38,616 nucleotides of DNA from positions 1 to 38,616 of the forward strand of contig JAEOTQ010000020.1 of NCBI GenBank assembly GCA_016839785.1, in the 5' to 3' direction. Positions 28,126 through 37,014 of the stretch are shown in pieces (position 1 is the first letter of the stretch; every line of letters starts with the position of its first letter). This DNA is from Candidatus Hodarchaeota archaeon. Its GTDB lineage: Archaea > Asgardarchaeota > Heimdallarchaeia > Hodarchaeales > Hodarchaeaceae. A model generated the notes under the pieces. That model saw only the letters and a list, made by a program, of their open reading frames with translations. It searched no databases and was not told where the DNA came from. A program made the position numbers and the translations under genes.

Positions 28126-29973
28126 TTGGAGCAGAATCTGTTGGAATCAAAGATATGGGATGTCATATGTGTGGGAGGTGGCCCTGCAGGCCTTTCTTGT
28201 GCAATTCGAGCGGCAGAACTAGGACGAAGTGTTCTTGTTCTTGAAGCTAGATCAGGATCAGCCACAGCAGGTAGCATGATGGTAGATGGGTACCCAGGAT
28301 TTTTCAGTATTACTCGCCAAGAATTACTGGATAAAATGGCTCGTCAAGCAAAATATCATGCAACGATCAGATATGCTGAGCGTGTCAGTCGATTAGAGCT
28401 TGAGGGAGAAATCAAACGAGTATATACCACTGTTGAGAGAGGAGAATTTTTCACAGAAGAGATCACATACCAAGGCAAAACAGTACTTATCGCTACAGGG
28501 TTACATCCAAAAAAAATAAATGTTCCTGGGGAACGAAAATTCCATTCTAAAGGAATTTATTATAATAATCCTCCTGAAGGGGAATATGAAGAGAAAAATG
28601 TTGCCATAATCGGTCACAACTCATGGGCTGTACGTAATGCTCTTCATTATGATTCGATTGGGGCACATGTATGCTTGATTACCGCTAGAGATGCTTTTGA
28701 TGCCCATCCTGCATTGTTAAGGCGACTTAATGAAAGCTTTGTCAATATCCGTTTTGGTCATGAAGTTATTTCATTTGAAGGAGATTTAAAAGTTCAAAAA
28801 GTGAATTTAAAGAAACATACAGGTGAGAAAGTTACTATCTCAACTGAGATTATTGTAATCCTCAGTAGTAAAATTAAGAACAGAGAATTATTCATGAATG
28901 CTGGCTTGGCCATTACACCTGAAGGGAAAATTATCATAAATTCAGCAAACCAAGATACAAATTTACAGGGAGTATTTGCCGCTGGCAGTGCCATAAGAGG
29001 AGACTCGATTGTCGGAATTGACGCTGCAGAAGGTCAAACGGCCGCAATGCAAATTTCTCGTTATCTCACCAATCTTGAAAAAGAAGAAACCAAAACGATA
29101 CCTGAAAAATTGGAAGCTTCCTTGGCCCAAAGATTTGTTGAAGGGAGAAGTATCATTCTTGAGAAAGTTGATTTATCCCCAGAAATAATCAAATGGGTGG
29201 TTCATGCACCACGGATAGCTGAAAAATGTCAACCTGGCCAATTTGTTATTTTACGTGTCACCGATCATGGTGAAAGAATTCCTTTGACAATTGCTGATTT
29301 CGATCGAGGAGAAGGAACTATTACACTTATCTTTCAGAAGATAGGAAAAAGTACAAAATTGATGGGAAGACTAAATACTGGAGATCACATACTGAACCTG
29401 CTAGGACCCCTTGGTGAACCTGTGAAGATTGAAAAATGGGGAACAGTAGCAGTATTAGGAGGAGGATGTGGTGTTGCCCCTGTATTACCAAAAACAAAAG
29501 CAATGAGAGATATAGGAAATTATATAGTAAGCATCATCTCAGCTCGAACAGGATCCCTTCTAATCTGTCAAGATGAGATGAATGCAGCAAGTGATGAACT
29601 ACATATTGCTACAGATGACGGCACATTAGGTCATCATGGATTTGGTTTAGATTTATTACAAAAATTCATAAAAGAAGGGAGGAAATTTGATCATGTCGTA
29701 GCTGTTGGCCCGATCCCTATGATGAGAGCAGTCGTAAATTTCACAAAAAAGCACAACATTCCGACCATAGTGTCATTAGCTCCACTTATGGTAGATGGAA
29801 CTGGTATGTGTGGGGCCTGTCGGGTGACGGTGGGTGGAAGAGTGAAGTTTGCCTGCGTAGATGGGCCAAATTTTGATGGCTTAAAGGTTGATTTTGATGA
29901 ATTGACTCTTCGATCACAAGCATACCGCTATGAGGAACGGGTTGCTGTTGAAAAGATGTCTAGAACTAGTTAA
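28126..29973 (+). CDS. Fusion of a thioredoxin-reductase-like FAD domain (no CxxC) and NfnA/SudB
   Basis: N-terminal GGGPAG, DGYPG, LIATG, TNLQGVFAAG (TrxB fold); C-terminal PGQFVILR, ERIPLTIAD, GGGCG, MVDGTGMCGACR, FACVDGP. Confidence 0.85.
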   Translation: MEQNLLESKIWDVICVGGGPAGLSCAIRAAELGRSVLVLEARSGSATAGSMMVDGYPGFFSITRQELLDKMARQAKYHATIRYAERVSRLELEGEIKRVYTTVERGEFFTEEITYQGKTVLIATGLHPKKINVPGERKFHSKGIYYNNPPEGEYEEKNVAIIGHNSWAVRNALHYDSIGAHVCLITARDAFDAHPALLRRLNESFVNIRFGHEVISFEGDLKVQKVNLKKHTGEKVTISTEIIVILSSKIKNRELFMNAGLAITPEGKIIINSANQDTNLQGVFAAGSAIRGDSIVGIDAAEGQTAAMQISRYLTNLEKEETKTIPEKLEASLAQRFVEGRSIILEKVDLSPEIIKWVVHAPRIAEKCQPGQFVILRVTDHGERIPLTIADFDRGEGTITLIFQKIGKSTKLMGRLNTGDHILNLLGPLGEPVKIEKWGTVAVLGGGCGVAPVLPKTKAMRDIGNYIVSIISARTGSLLICQDEMNAASDELHIATDDGTLGHHGFGLDLLQKFIKEGRKFDHVVAVGPIPMMRAVVNFTKKHNIPTIVSLAPLMVDGTGMCGACRVTVGGRVKFACVDGPNFDGLKVDFDELTLRSQAYRYEERVAVEKMSRTS

Positions 29974-29976
29974 GGA

Positions 29977-31410
29977 GTGTTGAGCATCATGAGTGAAGAA
30001 AGGGAACAACGTAAACAAAAGCTCAAGAAAAAACGTACTCATATGAGTGTTCAAGAATCTCGCGAACGGATCCGCAATTTCAGCGAAGTGGCATTGGGAT
30101 ATACGGATGAAGAGGCACTGGAGGAAGCCTCTCGTTGTTTGAAATGCAAAAAGCCCCGATGTGTAAAGGGGTGCCCAGTCAATGTCCAAATCCCAGAGTT
30201 CATTCAGAAAGTACTGGAAAATGACATCAATGGAGCGAAAGACATTATTTTATGCACAAATAGCCTTCCAGCAATAACTGGACGTGTCTGTCCACAAGAA
30301 AATCAATGTCAAGAATTCTGCATTCATCCGAATGCTATTTCTATTGGCAATCTTGAAAGATATGTTGCAGATCAGGGACAGAGTGGCGAACGAAATATTT
30401 CTAGCAGTTTAGGAACTAAAGTGGCAATTGTCGGAGCTGGACCATCAGGATTAACTTGTGCTGCGGAATTAGCAACTCTAGGTCACAAAGTAAACGTCTA
30501 TGAAGCATTACATGAATATGGTGGTGTATTAACATACGGAATTCCAGAGTTCCGTATGCCCAAATCCATTGTAAACGACGAAATCGAATCTGTTAGAGCA
30601 TTAGGTGTGGAATTTGAAAAAGATACTCTTATTGGGAGAACTATAACTGTAAATGAGCTTTTAGAAAAACATAATTTCAACGCCGTTTATGTGGCTTCGG
30701 GTGCTGGTACTCCGAATTTTCTAGGTATTCCTGGTGAAAATTTAAATGGGGTTTTTTCTGCAAATGAATTTCTCACAAGAGTGAATTTATTGAAAGGTTA
30801 CCAATTCCCTGATTATGATACTCCTGTGACTATTGGTGAAAAAGTGGCTGTTATTGGCGCAGGTAATGTTGCCATGGACTGTGCTAGAACTTCATTGAGA
30901 TTAGGAGCACGAGAAGTCGATATCATTTATCGAAGATCCGAAGGTGAAATTCCTGCTCGATTAGAGGAAATTATTCATGCTAAAGAAGAGGGAGTAGTAA
31001 TTGGGGAATTAATTTCACCGTTGGAAATAATTGGCGATAATAAGGGGAATGTAGTCGGCCTTAAATGTATGAAAATGGATCTAGGAGAAAAAGATGCCTC
31101 AGGTCGACGTCGACCTATTCCAATTCCTGAAACAGAATTCATTTTTCCTGTTGATACGGTCATAATTGCTATTGGTCAACGTCCGAATCAATTGATTGCT
31201 CTTACAACTGACGGATTAGAAACTACCAAGTGGGGGACGTTTGTACATAATGAAGAGACGGGTGCTACAACTCGGGAAAGAATTTTTTGTGGTGGTGATG
31301 TAGCAACAGGAGCAGCTACGGTAATACTCGCCATGGAAGCAGGTCGAAAAGCAGCTAAAGCAATTCATGAAATGATCATTGAGAAAGATTTGAATCACAG
31401 TACAAAATAG
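29977..31410 (+). CDS. nfnB: NfnB/SudA large subunit (canonical length)
   Basis: CLKCKKPRCVKGCP, TGRVCPQENQC, GAGPSG, GAGNVAMD, YRR, GGDVATGAATV. Confidence 0.92.
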   Translation: MLSIMSEEREQRKQKLKKKRTHMSVQESRERIRNFSEVALGYTDEEALEEASRCLKCKKPRCVKGCPVNVQIPEFIQKVLENDINGAKDIILCTNSLPAITGRVCPQENQCQEFCIHPNAISIGNLERYVADQGQSGERNISSSLGTKVAIVGAGPSGLTCAAELATLGHKVNVYEALHEYGGVLTYGIPEFRMPKSIVNDEIESVRALGVEFEKDTLIGRTITVNELLEKHNFNAVYVASGAGTPNFLGIPGENLNGVFSANEFLTRVNLLKGYQFPDYDTPVTIGEKVAVIGAGNVAMDCARTSLRLGAREVDIIYRRSEGEIPARLEEIIHAKEEGVVIGELISPLEIIGDNKGNVVGLKCMKMDLGEKDASGRRRPIPIPETEFIFPVDTVIIAIGQRPNQLIALTTDGLETTKWGTFVHNEETGATTRERIFCGGDVATGAATVILAMEAGRKAAKAIHEMIIEKDLNHSTK

Positions 31411-31524
31411 CTTCGATGAGGATGATAAGTCATACCTCAGTTTCTTTTAGAAGAAGAGTTAAGAGGAATTGTTTTAGTTAATTGTTTTCTGTTACATAAA
31501 AATAAGAGATAGGGGAAGTGAAGG

Positions 31525-33222
31525 CTAAATTGTCCTATCTCTGGTTGAAACAAATTTTTTCAGAGCGATAATGTAAAAGATTATTGCTACGAATGTACAG
31601 AGCAAAGCACTGGGTAAAACATCGATTAATGTTTTTTCCTTTAGAAATATACCCATAAAGTCAAAATAGCTGAATGGTGTTAGAGAGAGTAGAATATGAT
31701 TGTCAGCTATAAATCCCCCTAATAATAGGAGAATACTAAGAGTAAATCCTAGTAACAATCCTTTTATAGCATGTTTATAAGGAAAAATCAGTGCAAGGGA
31801 GAAAAATATTATGAAAAATACACAATATGCCCATGTGAATACTAAATAAGTTACAGCTGCATTTACAAGATCACCATTATTTTCCAAGGACAAATCTACG
31901 AGAACGTAACATATGAAACTAGAAAGGAACAGTGCTACAAGCCCTATTAGCGTAGCTATTGTCCTATTGAAAATTATCCCTGTTTCACTTTGAGGTAAAA
32001 CCCATGTAATCTCTGCAATTCTCTCTTTCTTATCTCTGAATATTATGTTATTAATAATTAGTAGAATTAATGGACCAAAGGGTATGAGCCAGGCCCAAGC
32101 AAAGAATTCAAGTGTGAACCATCCTTCAAGGGTTGGTTTAAGTTTATAATTAAACAAAGCTGCATCGATAAATGGAATATCAATACTTCCAAGAGTTAAT
32201 GCTGTCTTTGCTTCTCCTTCGTATGTACTTCCTTGCATAAATGTAAGAAGAATTGTCATAATGAAAAAAACTGTCATTAATCCAGCTGTTGAATGTAATT
32301 GATCACGAAAAGCAGGAAATCTCCACCCAAGACTTCCAATTAGTTTTTCAACTGGTAATCTAATAAAAGAAAATCTTTTTGTCAGAGCTTGTCCCTCTGT
32401 TTCCAGTTCATCGATTTCTGTTTTCTTATGACCTCCTTCTATGAAGTCTCTCCTATTTATTAGTAGAATGGAAATAAATACCAGAAAAATCGATAATACG
32501 AGTGTTGTAACAATAAATTCTATATTCCAAGTTCCAGTAATAGCATTTTGAGTAATTTCGGCTTTAGAAAATAAGTTGAAATCCATTAAGGCCTCAAACT
32601 CTTTGTTATTGCTGAGGGTCATATTTGTAAAGAATCCGAGAACAGTATATCCACCACCAATAATATATCCCATCTTTTTAGAAAACGTGATTGAACATCC
32701 AAAAGCAGTCAGAAACGATATAAAAATTCCGAGCACTCCGCCCATAATGAAGGCAATTGTTAAATTGGGAATTGAATTGGCGCTATTGTTAATAAGCAGG
32801 AAAATCGATGAAAAGATGTAGCTTGGAACACATAACAGGAAAATTAGCGTAATTAGTAGCAGAGAATTCTCGATATAACTCTTTGTAAGCGATTTGGGTG
32901 TCGAAAATAATAGTTCTTTTCCATCCTTTTCCGAGATTGGTAATATATTCACCCCTAGAAGAATTGCTGACAATGGAAGATAGATACTAATTACCATACC
33001 CGCAGAAATAATTGTCCATAAATGAAATCCAGGATTATCATATTCGATTGCTCCAATGAATCTTTCATAATAAACCAGAATATTTTCCATTGAAAGTTCT
33101 CCAGGGTATATGACTGGAAAAAACAATGAAATAGCTGCGAAAAGGATAATAGAGAGGCCAAATTCAGTTTTATGCCTCAAAAAACGAAAATAGAACAGGG
33201 CAATATTTTTGGAAATGTACAT
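31525..33222 (-). CDS. ABC-2 type exporter permease (two fused permease repeats)
   Basis: About 12 TM segments; repeated E-x4-[TL]P-x-S loop (KELLFSTPKS / AEITWVLPQS); directly downstream of an ABC ATPase. Confidence 0.8.
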   Translation of the reverse strand: MYISKNIALFYFRFLRHKTEFGLSIILFAAISLFFPVIYPGELSMENILVYYERFIGAIEYDNPGFHLWTIISAGMVISIYLPLSAILLGVNILPISEKDGKELLFSTPKSLTKSYIENSLLLITLIFLLCVPSYIFSSIFLLINNSANSIPNLTIAFIMGGVLGIFISFLTAFGCSITFSKKMGYIIGGGYTVLGFFTNMTLSNNKEFEALMDFNLFSKAEITQNAITGTWNIEFIVTTLVLSIFLVFISILLINRRDFIEGGHKKTEIDELETEGQALTKRFSFIRLPVEKLIGSLGWRFPAFRDQLHSTAGLMTVFFIMTILLTFMQGSTYEGEAKTALTLGSIDIPFIDAALFNYKLKPTLEGWFTLEFFAWAWLIPFGPLILLIINNIIFRDKKERIAEITWVLPQSETGIIFNRTIATLIGLVALFLSSFICYVLVDLSLENNGDLVNAAVTYLVFTWAYCVFFIIFFSLALIFPYKHAIKGLLLGFTLSILLLLGGFIADNHILLSLTPFSYFDFMGIFLKEKTLIDVLPSALLCTFVAIIFYIIALKKFVSTRDRTI

Positions 33223-33233
33223 TGTAATAACTC

Positions 33234-34124
33234 CTATTCTTCGGTTTTGTAGAATTGCATAAAGTAATCTTCCAGACTCGCAGGAGGGTAAGAAAGCTCT
33301 TCAGGCTCCATAATGATAAGCTTTTCAAGGACTGGCTTAATGGAGTCTGTTTGATGTACTAAGATACGTGCTTTATTCGCATTTATTTCAAGTAAATTGT
33401 CACCAAAAGTCTTAAGTTGTTCTTCATTAGGATTTTTGAGGTAGGCCTCTATGATCCGTGGAATTTTCATATTTAGTGTCTTTACATCTTCCACACTTAT
33501 TAAAGAACCATTTTTGATGATTGCTATACGATCAGAAATTCTTTGAACTTCAGCCAGATTATGACTGCTGAAAAAAACCGTTTTTCTTTGTTCTTTTGCT
33601 TCTAAAAGAAGATCATAAAGCTCTTGTTGCAGGAGCGGGTCTAGTCCAGATGTGGGTTCATCCAAGATCAAAATATTTGGATCGTGCATAAATGCAGCAA
33701 CAATTCCAACTTTTTGCTTATTACCCTTTGAAAGATCTCCTATCTTTTTTTTGGAGGATAATGAGAATCGTCTCATCAATTCCTCTCTCCTTGTACTTGG
33801 TTTTTTTCGCATATTCTGTACATAGGAGAGAAAATCATTGACTGTATAGGTATCTGGAAGGATAAAATCTCCTGGAATATACCCAATGTCTTCACGAATA
33901 CTAGGGTTCGCTCTAGTTACTTTGTTACCATTGATCCAAATCTCTCCTTTTGTGGGGAGAAGAATGTTTATCATACAGCGAATAGTAGTGGTTTTTCCAG
34001 CTCCATTTGGCCCAAGGAAACCAAAAATTTCCCCTTCTTTTATTTCAAGGTTTAAATCTTCAATACCACGAGTTTTCCCGTAGTATTTAGTCAAATTTTT
34101 TATTTTAATTTTCGATTTATTCAT
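33234..34124 (-). CDS. ABC-2 type transporter ATP-binding protein
   Basis: GPNGAGKTT, LSKGNKQK, ILDEPTSGLD, SSH, SLEDYF. Confidence 0.95.
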   Translation of the reverse strand: MNKSKIKIKNLTKYYGKTRGIEDLNLEIKEGEIFGFLGPNGAGKTTTIRCMINILLPTKGEIWINGNKVTRANPSIREDIGYIPGDFILPDTYTVNDFLSYVQNMRKKPSTRREELMRRFSLSSKKKIGDLSKGNKQKVGIVAAFMHDPNILILDEPTSGLDPLLQQELYDLLLEAKEQRKTVFFSSHNLAEVQRISDRIAIIKNGSLISVEDVKTLNMKIPRIIEAYLKNPNEEQLKTFGDNLLEINANKARILVHQTDSIKPVLEKLIIMEPEELSYPPASLEDYFMQFYKTEE

Positions 34125-34205
34125 TTTGAAAACCTAAACAGATATTTTTTGCACGTATGATGCAACTGACAAAACACACGCAAAGTTTAAATATTTTTCG
34201 AATTG

Positions 34206-34245
34206 TCCGAAAATTCAGAATTATCATAAATGATAGAAATTCTGA
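34206..34245. promoter_or_regulatory. Candidate operator inverted repeats in the divergent promoter region
   Basis: tccgaa-aa-ttcaga (34206-34219) and tcagaat-tatcat-aa-atgata-gaa-attctga (34215-34245), next to TTTAAATA at 34186-34193. Confidence 0.4.
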
Positions 34246-34300
34246 TGATTGAATAGACATTTAAAATTATCTGTTTCTCATAAATTTGGATATGAATTAA

Positions 34301-35422
34301 ATGATATCTGATTTAAATCATCTATCTTTGGTAACTATAAAACGTAATTATCTTAATTTCATGGAACAAACATTAACCTGGTTTGATTCTTCTCTTATTC
34401 GTATCTTATTTTCTTTACTTATGGAAAAAAAGCCACTGACTCAGGAAGAGCTAATTGCCTTAACTGATCTTAATAGAGCGACAGTATCAGATACTCTTTC
34501 CAAATTAACTGGATCAAATAGCAAATTTTTAGTATTACAATCTCGGAGAAAAGGAGAACGGAAAAAACGATATCATTGCCCCCAGGATTTATCTGTTTAT
34601 TTTAACAGTTTATTGATAGAAGGTTTAGAGTTAACAAAAATTAGCTCAGAGCATATCCCAGAATATTTAGCTAGATTAAATGCACTAAAAAATCAGAATT
34701 CTGATAAAACAAATTTCAAACGATTCTTACAAGATTATCAGAGAGTTACTACTTATTTTCATGTTGCAGTCACATTTTTTCAAAAAAACCTGAGTAATTA
34801 TGCTGACAATCCCAGTTTAATCCCAGACCATATTGAAAAAACGCTTATCACTGATGTTTCAATAACTAATGAAAGTAATTTAAATTATCTTGATAGACCA
34901 AATGACTCTCTAGATATAATAAAGAGAGATTTTATTACCTCAGAGGCTTCAAATCAATATGCTACTGTTGGAAAGAGAAAGGAGCTAGTCACAATAGGCC
35001 TTTTATTTTTTATAGAGGGAAAACCAATTACACAGAACCATATCAGCAAAATAACTGGTTTTAGTAGATCAACCGTATCAACAACCCTTTCGGATCTAGT
35101 ACAACTTAATATCATCCAAGTACTTAAAAAACCGAAAGATAGAAAAAAATATTATGAATCAAAATATACTTTAGTAGAAAATTTATTGTCAACTATACGA
35201 GTGATGAATCAAATATTCTTAAAATCAAAAACTGTGGTTAACGATCAATTTTTAGCCAATATCGAGGACATTAAAGGCTTGAAGGAGGAAAAAGATAAAC
35301 TTAAGACTTTTATGATCGAAAATATACAATTTTTTGACTTATTTATCGATTATACAAGAGCTTGTAGCGATGTTGTAAATAAACTCCTATCAGAATATGC
35401 AGTATCAGATCCTAGCACTTAA
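34301..35422 (+). CDS. Tandem GbsR/MarR-like winged-helix transcriptional regulator
   Basis: Two repeats: KPLTQEELIALTDLNRATVSDTLSKL...GERKKRY and KPITQNHISKITGFSRSTVSTTLSDL...KDRKKYY. Confidence 0.82.
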   Translation: MISDLNHLSLVTIKRNYLNFMEQTLTWFDSSLIRILFSLLMEKKPLTQEELIALTDLNRATVSDTLSKLTGSNSKFLVLQSRRKGERKKRYHCPQDLSVYFNSLLIEGLELTKISSEHIPEYLARLNALKNQNSDKTNFKRFLQDYQRVTTYFHVAVTFFQKNLSNYADNPSLIPDHIEKTLITDVSITNESNLNYLDRPNDSLDIIKRDFITSEASNQYATVGKRKELVTIGLLFFIEGKPITQNHISKITGFSRSTVSTTLSDLVQLNIIQVLKKPKDRKKYYESKYTLVENLLSTIRVMNQIFLKSKTVVNDQFLANIEDIKGLKEEKDKLKTFMIENIQFFDLFIDYTRACSDVVNKLLSEYAVSDPST

Positions 35423-35509
35423 TATCTTTCTATACTCCTGTAAACGAATAGTTTGTAGGCGTTTGCCTATTATCTGATAGAATTCCAATTATAAAGTAGA
35501 GCTGAGGAA

Positions 35510-35526
35510 CGAAAGATTTCTTAAAT
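35510..35526 (+). promoter_or_regulatory. Putative BRE/TATA promoter
   Basis: cgaaagatttcttaaat about 37 nt upstream of ATG 35563. Confidence 0.4.
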
Positions 35527-35562
35527 GCTGAACTTAATGAATAGAGGAAAAGCTGTGATATC

Positions 35563-36054
35563 ATGAGAGATAAGTGGCAAGTTGTGCCAAAACGTGTAGG
35601 ACGGAGTAGAAAGATTCAAGTCCGACAATTCGAGCCCGAAGAAATTTTCATTGAGTTTGAATTAAATGTCCAAGATCCAGATTCAACTCAAGATGCTATT
35701 GAGGAAGCAACCCAATTAGCAATTTCATATCTGGATACGGAAGAAAAAAAACTGCGTAAGACTCCCTCGACTCAAGCTGCAAAAAAATCAGCTCAACCCA
35801 AAGTGAAAGAAGAATATGCAATACAAATCACGGAGGAGGGAAAAAAGTTAGGTAAGTTCAATATTAAAAAGTCTGAGGATTCTCAATTTGAAAATTTCAT
35901 CCATTTATGGCTTGAAATAGATAATGAAAAAATCTATGTTGGTTATCTTAGAAAAGATAGCGGAGATTTCACGATAAAGGACAAAAATAAGATAATTTTA
36001 GAAAAATATGGTGTGAAAAGAGGGAAGCATTTTAGAATAATGCAGAAATTATAA
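35563..36054 (+). CDS. Hypothetical protein (two small domains with a Lys/Ala/Gln linker)
   Basis: 163-aa ATG ORF; no recognised motif. Confidence 0.65.
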   Translation: MRDKWQVVPKRVGRSRKIQVRQFEPEEIFIEFELNVQDPDSTQDAIEEATQLAISYLDTEEKKLRKTPSTQAAKKSAQPKVKEEYAIQITEEGKKLGKFNIKKSEDSQFENFIHLWLEIDNEKIYVGYLRKDSGDFTIKDKNKIILEKYGVKRGKHFRIMQKL

Positions 36055-36083
36055 TCATATATTGATTAAATGAAGAGATAAAA

Positions 36084-36974
36084 ATGGATAGACAGAGTCG
36101 ACATGCGGGAAGTTGGTATGAGGGTACTGAAAAATCCTTGACACAACAAATTAATAATTTATTTTGTGATAAACAATGGGGATATGGGAAAGATCCATTG
36201 GAAAATATGGATGATAGGATTATTGACTCAAATCTTATAGGAATTGTCTCCCCCCATGCGGGATATGTTTATAGTGGGCCTATCGCCTCCCATGGATTTG
36301 CAGAAGTGTTCAAGCGAATAGAAAAGATAGATACAGTAATTATTTTAGGGCCTAATCATCAAGGATTGGGTGTACCAATTTCATTCTATCCTGGAGGGCA
36401 TTGGAGTAACCCTCTTGGATCTGTGAAAGTTGATACTGAATTTGTAGACTATGCAAGAACATACGACTTTGAACCAATCCAAGAACGGATTGGATTTGAA
36501 CGAATCGCACATGTAAATGAACATTCAATCGATATCCAGTTGCCGTTTTTACAATATCTCTACAAGAATGACTTTGAAATTGCACCTATTTCCCTCGGAG
36601 ATCAGTCCTTTAATCCTGTAGTTTCAACGCTTTCCACTTTCTTAAGTGATTACATAACTTCACATTCTGAAAAACGAATTTTAATAGTTTCCAGTAGTGA
36701 TTTCTCGCATGAACATAATTATGAACTTGTCGTAAAGAATGATAAAACGATGTTGTCCTATTTAGAGTCTATGAACCTTAAAGAAGCAGAACAGTTTAGA
36801 CAGAGAATAAGAATGACAATGTGTGGGTATGCGCCTGTTTTTACTCTCATTCAAACTGCAAAAAATCTTGGCACTCCTTCAGTAGAAATCCTAAAATATG
36901 CCAACAGTACAGATATTCATCCAGGAGGAGGATATACCGTTGGTTACGCTAGTATTCTAGTTAGATCATCGTAA
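36084..36974 (+). CDS. amrB: MEMO1 family protein (AmmeMemoRadiSam protein B)
   Basis: AGSWY, PHAGYVYSG, ILGPNH, EHSIDIQLPFLQ, SSDFSH, MCG, VGYAS. Confidence 0.95.
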   Translation: MDRQSRHAGSWYEGTEKSLTQQINNLFCDKQWGYGKDPLENMDDRIIDSNLIGIVSPHAGYVYSGPIASHGFAEVFKRIEKIDTVIILGPNHQGLGVPISFYPGGHWSNPLGSVKVDTEFVDYARTYDFEPIQERIGFERIAHVNEHSIDIQLPFLQYLYKNDFEIAPISLGDQSFNPVVSTLSTFLSDYITSHSEKRILIVSSSDFSHEHNYELVVKNDKTMLSYLESMNLKEAEQFRQRIRMTMCGYAPVFTLIQTAKNLGTPSVEILKYANSTDIHPGGGYTVGYASILVRSS

Positions 36975-36986
36975 AAGGTTTTTATA
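36971..36986 (+). promoter_or_regulatory. BRE/TATA promoter (probably leaderless or short-leader transcript)
   Basis: gtaaaaggtttttata about 30 nt upstream of ATG 37015. Confidence 0.5.
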
Positions 36987-37014
36987 GTAATCATAAATTG
37001 TTGGGATAGAAAAA

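Noticed and set aside
23690-31410. Glutamate synthase small subunit (gltD)
   Set aside because: Each copy is paired with an NfnA/SudB gene and no gltB is present, so NfnAB fits better.
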